Positions 1-8,386 of a DNA stretch of 27,595 nucleotides are shown one piece after another. Origin of the DNA: Desulfohalobiaceae bacterium (GTDB taxonomy: Bacteria; Desulfobacterota; Desulfovibrionia; Desulfovibrionales; Desulfothermaceae); assembly GCA_021737115.1 (NCBI GenBank), contig JAIPER010000001.1, positions 1 through 27,595 on the forward strand, written 5' to 3'. The position numbers and the translations under genes are program-made. The notes under the pieces are model-generated. The model made no database searches. It was not told the origin of the DNA and was given only the letters and a program-made list of their open reading frames with translations. Numbering within the stretch: the first letter of the stretch is position 1; each line of letters begins with the position of its first letter.

Positions 1-944
1 TTGAGCATGGCCTTGTTGGTCTGGGTGTAGTCCTCGCCCTTGTAGTTGGTGGCCTTGGCCTTGAAGAGCAGGAACCAGGCACCGACAGGGCCGTAGCCGT
101 CCTTGAACCGGGCCGGGACGAACCTGTTTTCCATCATGGTCATTTCCGCGCCGACCTGGGCGCACATGGTGTAGGTGGAACCGGCGTTCCAGACCGGATA
201 CCAGGCCCGGCCCATGCCTTCGCCGGTGGAGCGGGGCCTGAAGACGTTGACCGCACCGCCGCAGGCCACGATCATGCCCTTGGCCTTGAAGGTGTAGACC
301 TTGTTTTCCCGGACCGAGAAGCCGACTGCTCCGGCCACTCGGTTAGGTTCGTTGGCGTCCAGGAGCAGCTTGACCACGAAGACCCTTTCCAGATAGCGGT
401 CTTCGCCCAGGGCGTTCTTGGCGGCCTCGGCCACGATGACCTTGTAGGATTCACCGTTGATCATGCACTGCCAGCGACCGGAGCGGACCACATCGGCCCC
501 TTCCCGGACCTTCAGGCCTTCGGACTGGGCCTTGGCCCCGTCCAGGTTCTTGCCGTCCTTGCTGACCCAGATGGGCAGTCCCCACTCTTCGAAGAGGTGG
601 ACGGAGTCGTCCACGTGCCGGCCCAGGTCGAAGATCAGATCTTCCCGGACGACGTGCATCAGGTCGGTGCGGACCATGCGCACGTAGTCGTCGGGCTCGT
701 TCTTGCCGAGATAGGTGTTGATGGCCGAAAGTCCCGGAGCCACGGCGCCGGAGCGTTCCAGGGCGGCTTTGTCCACGAGCAGAACCTTGACGCCGTACTT
801 GTCTCCCCAGCGAACCGCTTCCACCGCGGCGCCGGTGCAGCCCATGCCACCGCCGATAAGCAGGGCGTCGGTTTCCACTTCCACGACTTCCGGTTCAGCC
901 AGAGGCAGACCTGTGGTTACGTTCTTAGTTGGTATCTGAGGCAT
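1..944 (-). CDS. aprA: Adenylylsulfate (APS) reductase alpha subunit, N-terminal ~314 codons; gene continues beyond the left edge
   Basis: Own translation from ATG at 944 (RBS GGAG upstream): MPQIPTKN...LLIGGGMG...ERSGAVAPGLSAINTY...REDLIFDLGRHVDDSVHLFEEWGLP...RSGRWQCMINGESYK...GRAWYPVWNAGS...MMENRFVPARFKDGYGPVGAWFLLFKAK. These are hallmark AprA motifs. Absent from the ORF track because there is no stop in the window. Confidence 0.98.
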   Translation of the reverse strand, partial: MPQIPTKNVTTGLPLAEPEVVEVETDALLIGGGMGCTGAAVEAVRWGDKYGVKVLLVDKAALERSGAVAPGLSAINTYLGKNEPDDYVRMVRTDLMHVVREDLIFDLGRHVDDSVHLFEEWGLPIWVSKDGKNLDGAKAQSEGLKVREGADVVRSGRWQCMINGESYKVIVAEAAKNALGEDRYLERVFVVKLLLDANEPNRVAGAVGFSVRENKVYTFKAKGMIVACGGAVNVFRPRSTGEGMGRAWYPVWNAGSTYTMCAQVGAEMTMMENRFVPARFKDGYGPVGAWFLLFKAKATNYKGEDYTQTNKAML

Positions 945-1014
945 ATATCACTCCTTTTCAAAGTTGTTCCATCGGTTCAGGTGTTCGCAACCAGCAAAAA
1001 TAAAGCGGTCAGGC

Positions 1015-1488
1015 TTAGATGACTTCGGTATAATCCGCATCCTGGATGTCCACTTTTTTGTTCAGGACTTCCTTGGGGGGCTTCAATTCCTTCTCATTGA
1101 AAAACAGTCCGCTTTCCAGATCATCGGCTTCGGGTTTGCCCTCAAAAGGCTGGATGGATCCCTCCGGAGTGGTCCGGATGGGGAATTTGAAGCGTTTGAC
1201 TTCACCGGACCGGAACTGGATGGTCCACATGATGTCCTCGGCGCTGCGCAGGGGAATGCTGGTCCCGCCCATGGGGGCGAAGTCGGCATAGGGCCTGGCG
1301 GTGATAGCGCCCTGGGGGCAGATCTTGATGCAGGAGTAGCACTCCCAGCACTGATCCGGTTCCAGGTTGTAGGCCTTCATCTCTTTTTCATCCAGGATCA
1401 TGAGGTCATTGGGGCAGATGTACAAGCAGGCTGTTTTTTCTCCGCCTTTGCAACCGTCACATTTTTCCGGATTAACATAACTAGGCAT
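1015..1488 (-). CDS. aprB: APS reductase beta subunit (2x[4Fe-4S])
   Basis: CDGCKGGEKTAC-YICP and CWECYSCIKICP cluster motifs, plus RPYADFAP and RFKFPIRTTPEGSI; RBS GAAGGAGG; directly upstream of aprA. Confidence 0.98.
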   Translation of the reverse strand: MPSYVNPEKCDGCKGGEKTACLYICPNDLMILDEKEMKAYNLEPDQCWECYSCIKICPQGAITARPYADFAPMGGTSIPLRSAEDIMWTIQFRSGEVKRFKFPIRTTPEGSIQPFEGKPEADDLESGLFFNEKELKPPKEVLNKKVDIQDADYTEVI

Positions 1489-1543
1489 TGTGAATCCTCC
1501 TTCAAACAGGTTTGTTGGAATTGGGTTTTACAGTGATATATTC

Positions 1544-1567
1544 AAAAAGCGGCAGAAAAACCGCTTG
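1544..1567 (-). terminator. Weak candidate intrinsic terminator or attenuator between the small ORF and aprB
   Basis: AAGCGG-N8-CCGCTT stem followed on the minus strand by a short T run; only a 6-bp stem. Confidence 0.25.
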
Positions 1568-1620
1568 TTAACGAATGGACCGCTCCAACCGGAGGCAGGC
1601 CCCCGCGGTGGTTGTAGCCC

Positions 1621-1917
1621 TTACGAGAACTCCTTCAACACATCCGAGACAACGTCCAGACTCTGTTTTTCCACCACCTTATCGTAGAGCCTGTGCTTGA
1701 CCTCCTTGGGAAGGAGTTCGATGCTTCCGGTGGTGGAAGTATCGTGCTTGGCTCCGAATTTGTCGACAAAGGTCTTGGCCTGTTCGTCGTCGGCGTAGAC
1801 AACCAGAACCTTCAATCCGGCCAGCCGTTCCTCGGTGTGATGAGCCAGGCCGGCCTTTTCCAGCTCTGCGTATCGTTCCTGATTGACCCAGACATAAATC
1901 GGGTTTTTCCCTGCCAT
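1621..1917 (-). CDS. Hypothetical 98-aa protein between sat and aprB
   Basis: Strong RBS (GGAGG, 8-nt spacing), GC3-rich codon usage like its neighbours, co-oriented inside the operon; family not recognised. Confidence 0.88.
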   Translation of the reverse strand: MAGKNPIYVWVNQERYAELEKAGLAHHTEERLAGLKVLVVYADDEQAKTFVDKFGAKHDTSTTGSIELLPKEVKHRLYDKVVEKQSLDVVSDVLKEFS

Positions 1918-2027
1918 ACGTGTTACCTCCTCATTGGGACTCTGGAAAATGCATGATCATTTCCCTGAATCTGTTTTCCTTGTGTGCTCTTTTCGACCCG
2001 GGCCGCCATCTGCTCATCTGATATGAG

Positions 2028-3281
2028 TTAGAGGGGTTCGATATTAAAGACCGGGGTTCTCTTTTCCAGGTATTCCTCGGTGACAAAGGGCGAGCCCTCG
2101 CCGTACTTTTCGGCACACGCCATGATCTGATCGAAGACTTCCGGCCTGATGATCAACCTGGGCGGCTTGACCCCGTCGGTGACGATGCTCCTGATCAGGG
2201 TGCCGCTGAACTTCTGTTGCTCGTCCTTGTGGTTGCAGAGACCCTCGCTGGTGATTTCGGCACAGACCGGGCAGTAGAGCCAGTTCATGGAATAGACCGG
2301 AGTGATGTCCAGCTCTTTGCCGACAGTATCCAGGAGATGGTGGGCCTCGTAGGCGCCGTAGTAGTCCCCGACCCCGGCATGGTCCCGTCCGTACATGTGG
2401 TGGGTGATGCCCAGGTTGGCCCGCAATATGGCATGGAAAATGGCTTCCTTGGGTCCGGCATAGCGCATGTCCCAGAAGGTCAGAGAGGTCAGGTGGTTGT
2501 GCGGACCGAAGTAGCCTGCCTTTTCCAGTTCGTCCTGGCAGAGGATAATGGCTTCGTCAATGTAGTCCTTGACCCGCTTTTCGCCGATGATCGCGTTGAC
2601 CACCACGCCCACTTCGGGTTTTTCAATGGGCAGATCGCCGTACGTCTGGAAAAAGGCGCCCTTCATCAGCCATTCGTGACCGGTGTGGGGCACGTTTCTG
2701 GTCTGATGGGCCACGGTCCGGTTCCAGCCCTTTTCCTTGATGATGGACCGCATCTTTAGCGGGGGCAGAAAATAGGGTCCAAAGGGCTCGTTGATTTTGG
2801 GTTCCTTGAGCAGAGTGATCTTTCCGGCCACGAACTTGTCTTTGTAACTGTAGGTCCGGGCGCAGCCGGGGTGCTTCTCCTCGGTGGTTCCCAGCACGGC
2901 CTGGCAGATGGCTGCCTTGTCGTACTCGAAGACTTCGCTGACCTCGAAGAGGGCCATGGGGTTGTCCTGGTAGTTGAGCACTACCGATGTTCCCGGTTTG
3001 ACACCGTAGTTTTGTACTTCCTCTTGGGAAAGATCAAAGAGAATGGGGATGGGCCAGATGGTGCCGTCGGCAAGACGCATGTTCTTGACCACGGCTTCGA
3101 CATCTTCCTTGCCCATGAATCCTTCCAGGGGGCTGAACCAGCCGTAGGCAAGATTGATGATTTCATTGGCGATCTGTTTGCGGACCGGAACCTGGGTCAA
3201 CCCCTTGATCTTTTCCTTGGCCTCAGCCGGCTTCATGATTCTTTCCTGGATCTCTTTCCCGCCATGTCCTATCTCAGCCAT
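2028..3281 (-). CDS. sat: Sulfate adenylyltransferase (ATP sulfurylase), Archaeoglobus-like type
   Basis: HGG N-terminus, FSPLEGFM, AHQTRNVPHTGHE (QxRN/HxxH), DMRYAGPKEAIFHAILR, GRDHAGVG, YCPVC...CNH Zn site, FSGT; RBS GGAG. Confidence 0.97.
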   Translation of the reverse strand: MAEIGHGGKEIQERIMKPAEAKEKIKGLTQVPVRKQIANEIINLAYGWFSPLEGFMGKEDVEAVVKNMRLADGTIWPIPILFDLSQEEVQNYGVKPGTSVVLNYQDNPMALFEVSEVFEYDKAAICQAVLGTTEEKHPGCARTYSYKDKFVAGKITLLKEPKINEPFGPYFLPPLKMRSIIKEKGWNRTVAHQTRNVPHTGHEWLMKGAFFQTYGDLPIEKPEVGVVVNAIIGEKRVKDYIDEAIILCQDELEKAGYFGPHNHLTSLTFWDMRYAGPKEAIFHAILRANLGITHHMYGRDHAGVGDYYGAYEAHHLLDTVGKELDITPVYSMNWLYCPVCAEITSEGLCNHKDEQQKFSGTLIRSIVTDGVKPPRLIIRPEVFDQIMACAEKYGEGSPFVTEEYLEKRTPVFNIEPL

Positions 3282-3457
3282 GTGCAGTCTCCTTTGGGTT
3301 ATACGTTTGTACCTGCTTCCACAATTTTCGAAAAAAAAGCATTGCCGTTACAGTCTTCAGGGTCTTTGCTGTTTTAAAGCATGTAGTCTTTTGAAAATAA
3401 TGTATAAACAATAACAAAAGAGTTGTTACGTTTGGCTGCCGTCAGAAGGTGAAAAAC

Positions 3458-3486
3458 ACTTTGTGAAATTTTTATCAAGTTGTCAA
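3458..3486 (-). promoter_or_regulatory. Candidate sigma70 promoter of sat with a Rex-type operator in the spacer
   Basis: Minus-strand TTGACA (3486-3481), 17 nt, then CAAAGT (weak -10). TTGTGAAATTTTTATCAA (3461-3478) matches the Rex palindrome TTGTGAA-N4-TTCACAA at 12/14. Rex control of sat is established in Desulfovibrio. Confidence 0.55.
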
Positions 3487-3711
3487 GAAAAAAGATCAAA
3501 CTTCCTGCAGCCGGGGTCATCAGGGCGATTTCCTGCTCCTTTTGAACCCTGTCTGCCTTTGCCTGTCTTGCCTTGAGGCTCCTGTTTACGATACTTTTAT
3601 TTTCCCGTAAACAGATATTCGGTTTGTGACCACGGTCTGGCAAAGCAAAGGCTCAAATCGGATACCGAGCCGGGAATCCCTTTCATTTATAGTACAAAGA
3701 GAAACAAACAC

Positions 3712-5346
3712 ATGTCGGAAAAAAAACACGGTCCTGATAAAGGCAGGTCCCTGACCTCGGAAATCGAGGAAATGGATGGGGCGTTGATACGGCTTCTTGG
3801 AAAGCGGAGTAGACTGCTCAGCAAGGCAGCGGGGTCCAGGAAACAGAAAAAGAAGTCTCTGGTGGATCCTGCACAGGAAAAACAGCTCTGGCAGAACTGG
3901 CGCACCCAGGCCGAAACCCAGGGCCTGGATGAACGGATGATGCACAGCCTGTTTCATCTGGTCAACGGGCTCGGCTATGAACGTCTTGAGAAAAAACAGG
4001 ACTGGGAGCTCGAGTTGCGGCCAAGCCCGGAACCGGTCCGGATGGACCTTCCCGGTCCCACAGACATTCTGCTTTCCAGAATGTGGGTTTTCCTGGGGGC
4101 GGCTGCCGGGGCGCCGCTTATGCTCTCCGAAGTGGTTCTGAACGATCCTCTCTTCGAGCTTATCAAGGGGTTGAATCAGGCCGGTGGTACCTTTTTCTGG
4201 GAAAAAGACCGGGTTTCCTGCCGGGGCGACCAGGATCTCGATTTTGATCGGAAAACCGTTTTTGTTGGGCAAGATCCGTTCAACCTCTACCTCTTGATCT
4301 TCCTGGCGGCGATGAAGCCCGGGGTTTGCCGCTTTTCAGGGGGAAGCCGACTCAAGTTGATCGACGTCAGACCGGTGGAGGGGATCGTCCGGGCCCTGGG
4401 GGGGAGGATGATCAGCCTCGTCCCCGGGAGCCGAGGCCTGCCTGTCCGCCTGGAGTCGAGCGGCAGGATCGATGCACGTCTGGACCTCCCCCCTGATGCC
4501 TCCGCAGATATGGTCAAGGCACTGGTTTTGACCCTGGGGGCGACCCTAAAACCGGGAGCCGAGGTCTTGTTGAATCAAAAAGAGGCCGGGGGTCTGCCTT
4601 TGGATTTGTCCAGGGTCTTCAGGGTCCTCACGGCTTGGGGGGGACGATTCCGGCAACAGGAGCAGGGTTGGATGATCACGGGTGGGCCCCTGAGCATCCC
4701 CGAGCGTCCCTCGCTTCCGCTGGATCCTGTCTTTTGCGGATACCTGCTGGCCATGGCCTTTGTGAGCCGGGGCAAGGCCGCTATCCAGGGGGAGTTTCCC
4801 CTGGACCTGCCGGAAAGCGGGCCGGTTTTGGAGCTTTTTGAAAAACTGGGCCTGGAGGTCACGGTTGAGGCCACGGGGATCAAGGGGAAGTTCTCCAGGG
4901 AGGAGGCGATTTCACTGTCCATCGATACCAGAGGAAATCCCTGGCTTTTGCCCCTCGCCCTGGCCCAGGCTCTTAGCAGGCAGGGAGAAGCTGAGCTCGT
5001 GGTTTTTCCTGGAGAGGATCTGGATTTTGCCCTCGTCCTCCTGGACAGTCTGGGGGCTGCCTACAGCCTGAGCGAGGACCGGCTTTTGATCCAAAACGGA
5101 CTCGACCTGCACAACTGTCCGCAGTTGAAAATGTCGACGCTTCATCCCTGGTGGAGCATGGCTCTGGCGGTCATGGCCCTGAAGCGGCCCGGGCTGGCGG
5201 TCAAGAATCCCGGGGAATTGACCCGGCTCTGGCCTCAGTTCTGGTCTCTTTTCAAGGGATTGCCGGATCCAGGGAGAGTCCGGGAAACAAATGGCTCCAG
5301 GGCGGACAGTCAGGGAAGAAGGAAAATGAGAAAGAAGGTATCCTGA
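3712..5346 (+). CDS. Chorismate mutase (AroQ)-like N-terminal domain fused to an EPSP synthase (AroA)-like domain with degenerate catalytic motifs
   Basis: EIEEMDGALIRLLGKRSRLL resembles AroQ helix 1. The remainder follows AroA motif order (RP..G..RALG, LP.D, MALA, KNP...TRLWPQFW) but lacks SKS, GNSGT, SSQ and DHR. Confidence 0.8.
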   Translation: MSEKKHGPDKGRSLTSEIEEMDGALIRLLGKRSRLLSKAAGSRKQKKKSLVDPAQEKQLWQNWRTQAETQGLDERMMHSLFHLVNGLGYERLEKKQDWELELRPSPEPVRMDLPGPTDILLSRMWVFLGAAAGAPLMLSEVVLNDPLFELIKGLNQAGGTFFWEKDRVSCRGDQDLDFDRKTVFVGQDPFNLYLLIFLAAMKPGVCRFSGGSRLKLIDVRPVEGIVRALGGRMISLVPGSRGLPVRLESSGRIDARLDLPPDASADMVKALVLTLGATLKPGAEVLLNQKEAGGLPLDLSRVFRVLTAWGGRFRQQEQGWMITGGPLSIPERPSLPLDPVFCGYLLAMAFVSRGKAAIQGEFPLDLPESGPVLELFEKLGLEVTVEATGIKGKFSREEAISLSIDTRGNPWLLPLALAQALSRQGEAELVVFPGEDLDFALVLLDSLGAAYSLSEDRLLIQNGLDLHNCPQLKMSTLHPWWSMALAVMALKRPGLAVKNPGELTRLWPQFWSLFKGLPDPGRVRETNGSRADSQGRRKMRKKVS

Positions 5347-5401
5347 TACCGGCCGTTTCTAAAATTTGGAACATTATTTGGACAAGTGTCTCTTTTTGGT
5401 T

Positions 5402-5437
5402 AAATTCGAAGCACGAAATTCGAAATTCGATTTCGAG
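5402..5437. repeat. AAATTCG heptamer intergenic repeat module
   Basis: aaattcgaagcacgaaattcgaaattcgatttcg. Confidence 0.5.
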
Positions 5438-5541
5438 ATTGTGTCCAATTTTAAAGTCATTAAAAATATATGCAATCATTGTAAACCTTTAAGCTTAAAT
5501 ATCAAAACGTTGATACAAAGTCTGTAATCAGGGACAACCCC

Positions 5542-5574
5542 CTGGATTCCGGCCTCCGCCGAAATGACGGACAA
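5542..5574 (+). repeat. Half copy of a CTGGATTCCGGC-N-GCCGGAATGAC (dRS3/REP-like) repeat
   Basis: ctggattccggcctccgccgaaatgacggacaa; near-identical to 25993-26025. Confidence 0.7.
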
Positions 5575-5660
5575 GAGACTGAGGCATCTGAAGAACTGAA
5601 ATTACGTAAAACCCGGATGAACCAATTTTTGGACACTTTTATTTTGAATCACAAAAAATT

Positions 5661-8249
5661 ATGACTGATAACAATCACCAAGAAGTCCAGTCCCGGCCTG
5701 TTTTGAGCGTGCTGCCCAATGGAATGCAGGTCCTGGTTCAGGAGGACCGGCGTTTTCCCCTGGTGGTCATGCGGCTCTATGTTCGGGCCGGATCGAGCCA
5801 TGAACGTCCCGACGAGGCCGGCATCAGCCATGTGCTTGAACATATGGCCTTCAAGAAAGGGCTGGGAGAGAATCCGGGACAGGCTGCCGGTCAGATCGAA
5901 AAAAGGGGAGGGAGCCTGAATGCCGCCACCGGATTCGACCAGACCGTATACATGGTGGATCTCCCGGCGGAAAGCTGGGCCGTGGGTCTGGAGAGCCTGT
6001 ACGATCTCTGCCTCGGGCCCCCGGCCGGAGAAGAGGAACTGGAGCTCGAAAAGGAGGTGATCCTGGCCGAACTGGAGAAAAACGAAGACAACCCCAGACA
6101 TCGCTTGTTTGAGCAGATCCAGAAAATGGTCTGGTCCGGAACCGGTTACGCCCGGCCGATCATCGGCTACCGGGAGACAATCAAGGCCCTGAACCTCCAG
6201 AAGATCAAGGATTATTTCCAGAGGGTGTATCTCCCCCAGGCAATGCTCCTGGTGGTCTGCGGACAGGTGAACCGGAACAAGGTCCTGGACAAGGCCGAGA
6301 GGCTCTTTGGAAATTTTTATCCGGAGAAGACCCTGCTCTCCAGGCAGCGTCCCTTCGAACCGGCGGCAAAGCCGGGCAAAACCGTCTCAGTGGTCAAGAC
6401 CTCCTGGAAGAAAGGCTACCTGGGACTTTGCTTTCCGGCTCCTTCTTCTTCAGCCCTGGTTTCTCCTTTTCTGGAGCTGGCTTCCTACATCCTGGGCGGG
6501 GATACCTCCTCCAGATATCCAAGCCGGTACAAGTATGACCAGAAACTGGTGGACGAGCTGGGCATCAGTCCGGTGCTGCTTGAGGGGCAGGGTATGATCT
6601 ATTGCCAGGTTCAGCTCGATCCGCATCAGGTCAAACCGTTTTGGAAAACGTGGCTTCAGGATATCGCTGAACTTGCAGCCACGCCTGTAACCAGGGAGGA
6701 ACTGGAGCGGGCCAAGCTGAATCTGGAACACGGTCTGTTGCAGGCCAGAGAAACCCTGGCCGGTATGGCTTCCAAAATGGGCCATTTTCAGTTCTTTGAA
6801 CAGACCCTGGCTGCGGAGGATTGCTACCTGCAGCAGATCAGAAAGGCGGGTCTGGAAGAGGTCCAGCAGGCCATGCTGGATACGTTCAGCCTGCAGCAGA
6901 TGCAGGGGTGCTTTTTCCTGCCGAGGGAGTCCGGGATTGAGGTCGCGGATCTCGAGAGTGAGCCCTCTTTTCGCCAAAGATCGACCCCGATGAACAGGAG
7001 GAAGAAAGAGGCCTTGCCTGCGGATGGACAGGCCAGGGTCAAAGAACTGGACCGGGGATGCCGTCTCGTTTTGCTTCCCGACCCGACGCTTCCCTATTTC
7101 GGGATCGACCTGACCTGGCTCGGGGGCGACCAACTCCTTCAGAAAACAGAACAGGGCCTGGCCGCTCTGACCGCCAGGACTTTGACCAAAGGGGCCTGGC
7201 AAAAAGACGCCGCCGCTATACGGGATTTTCTTTCCAACAGGGCGGCCTCTCTGGAAGGAATGGCCAACCGGGATCAGGTTTCCATCTTGGCAAAGTCTCC
7301 TTCCAGGTTCAGTTCGGACCTGCTTGGTCTTTTGCAGGATGTAGTCCTTGAGCCGCGGTTCGATCCGGATGAAGTAGCCAGATCCGCTTTTGAGCAGGCC
7401 AGTCGGGTGATCGAAAGGACGGACCACCCCCTGGGTCTGTTTTCCAGGGAGATCTTCCCCTTCCTTTTCCCGGGACATCCTTACGGGTTCTATCACCTTG
7501 GAGATCCCGCAGGGCTTGATGCCTTTGAGCACAAGGACCTCAAAGGCTTTTGGCAGCAACAGTCGACTCAACCCTGGGTGCTCAGCGTCTGTGGGGATTT
7601 CGACCAGACCGAGATTGAGGAAACGGCCCGGAAACTCCAAGAAAGGTCCTTGCGCAAGGGGCCGGCCCTGTCGATCCCCGACTGGTCGCGGCAGAAGGAA
7701 CTCGAGCTCGAAATCGAGGAGAGAAACCAGGCCCATATCCTTCTGGTTTTTCCGGTTCCAGGGCTTGATGACCCCCTCAATGTCTGCACCTCATTGGTCA
7801 AAAAATTACTGGCCGGACAGGACGGGATCCTGTTCAAGGAACTCAGGGACCGGCAGGGTCTCGGATACTCGGTCGCACCCATGCTTTGGACAAATCCCGG
7901 GATAGGTTTTCTGGGATTTTATATCGGGACCTGTGCAGACAAAGTAGAACAGGCGGTTTCCGGTTTTTTCAAGGTGATTGAAAATTTGCAGCAGGAAAGG
8001 GTTGACCCGGAGCGTCTCGACCGGGCCTGCAACATGCTAAAGGCGGAGTATTTCCGGGACAGGCAGGGCCTGCTTCCCCGCTGCAGCGAGGCCTCGGACC
8101 TTTTGTCCTACGGTTTGCCGCTCGCCCACCACCGGAATATGATAGACAAGACCCGGGACATCGGTCCCGGAGAAATCCAGGGCTTTGTCCGGGAGTATCT
8201 GCACTGGGACAGGAAATACACCATGATCCTCAGGACCAGGGGATTTTGA
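5661..8249 (+). CDS. M16 family (insulinase/pitrilysin-like) zinc peptidase, 862 aa
   Basis: Inverted Zn motif GISHVLEHMAFK (HxxEH), GGSLNAAT, EKEVILAE, PIIG; second half has the typical inactive repeat (LFKELRDRQGLGYSV). Confidence 0.93.
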   Translation: MTDNNHQEVQSRPVLSVLPNGMQVLVQEDRRFPLVVMRLYVRAGSSHERPDEAGISHVLEHMAFKKGLGENPGQAAGQIEKRGGSLNAATGFDQTVYMVDLPAESWAVGLESLYDLCLGPPAGEEELELEKEVILAELEKNEDNPRHRLFEQIQKMVWSGTGYARPIIGYRETIKALNLQKIKDYFQRVYLPQAMLLVVCGQVNRNKVLDKAERLFGNFYPEKTLLSRQRPFEPAAKPGKTVSVVKTSWKKGYLGLCFPAPSSSALVSPFLELASYILGGDTSSRYPSRYKYDQKLVDELGISPVLLEGQGMIYCQVQLDPHQVKPFWKTWLQDIAELAATPVTREELERAKLNLEHGLLQARETLAGMASKMGHFQFFEQTLAAEDCYLQQIRKAGLEEVQQAMLDTFSLQQMQGCFFLPRESGIEVADLESEPSFRQRSTPMNRRKKEALPADGQARVKELDRGCRLVLLPDPTLPYFGIDLTWLGGDQLLQKTEQGLAALTARTLTKGAWQKDAAAIRDFLSNRAASLEGMANRDQVSILAKSPSRFSSDLLGLLQDVVLEPRFDPDEVARSAFEQASRVIERTDHPLGLFSREIFPFLFPGHPYGFYHLGDPAGLDAFEHKDLKGFWQQQSTQPWVLSVCGDFDQTEIEETARKLQERSLRKGPALSIPDWSRQKELELEIEERNQAHILLVFPVPGLDDPLNVCTSLVKKLLAGQDGILFKELRDRQGLGYSVAPMLWTNPGIGFLGFYIGTCADKVEQAVSGFFKVIENLQQERVDPERLDRACNMLKAEYFRDRQGLLPRCSEASDLLSYGLPLAHHRNMIDKTRDIGPGEIQGFVREYLHWDRKYTMILRTRGF

Positions 8250-8264
8250 AGAAAGAAGAGCTTT

Positions 8265-8293
8265 GCCCGCGAATCACGAGAATAAAGAGTATT
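8265..8293 (+). repeat. Truncated copy of the CCCGCGAATCACGCGAAT composite intergenic repeat
   Basis: gcccgcgaatcacgagaataaagagtatt matches the start of 17939-18039. Confidence 0.55.
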
Positions 8294-8386
8294 TAGCTTA
8301 CTTGATTTTTCAAAAGGAAGGCTTTAAACTCTATTTGATAACAACCTCAATTTAGGACGAGCGTAAGTATAAGGGAGCGATCCAAA

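Noticed and set aside
2217-3377. Plus-strand ORFs of 180 and 168 aa
   Set aside because: Antisense shadows of sat.
6450-7736. 428-aa minus-strand ORF
   Set aside because: Antisense shadow of the well-supported M16 peptidase in high-GC DNA; no motifs.
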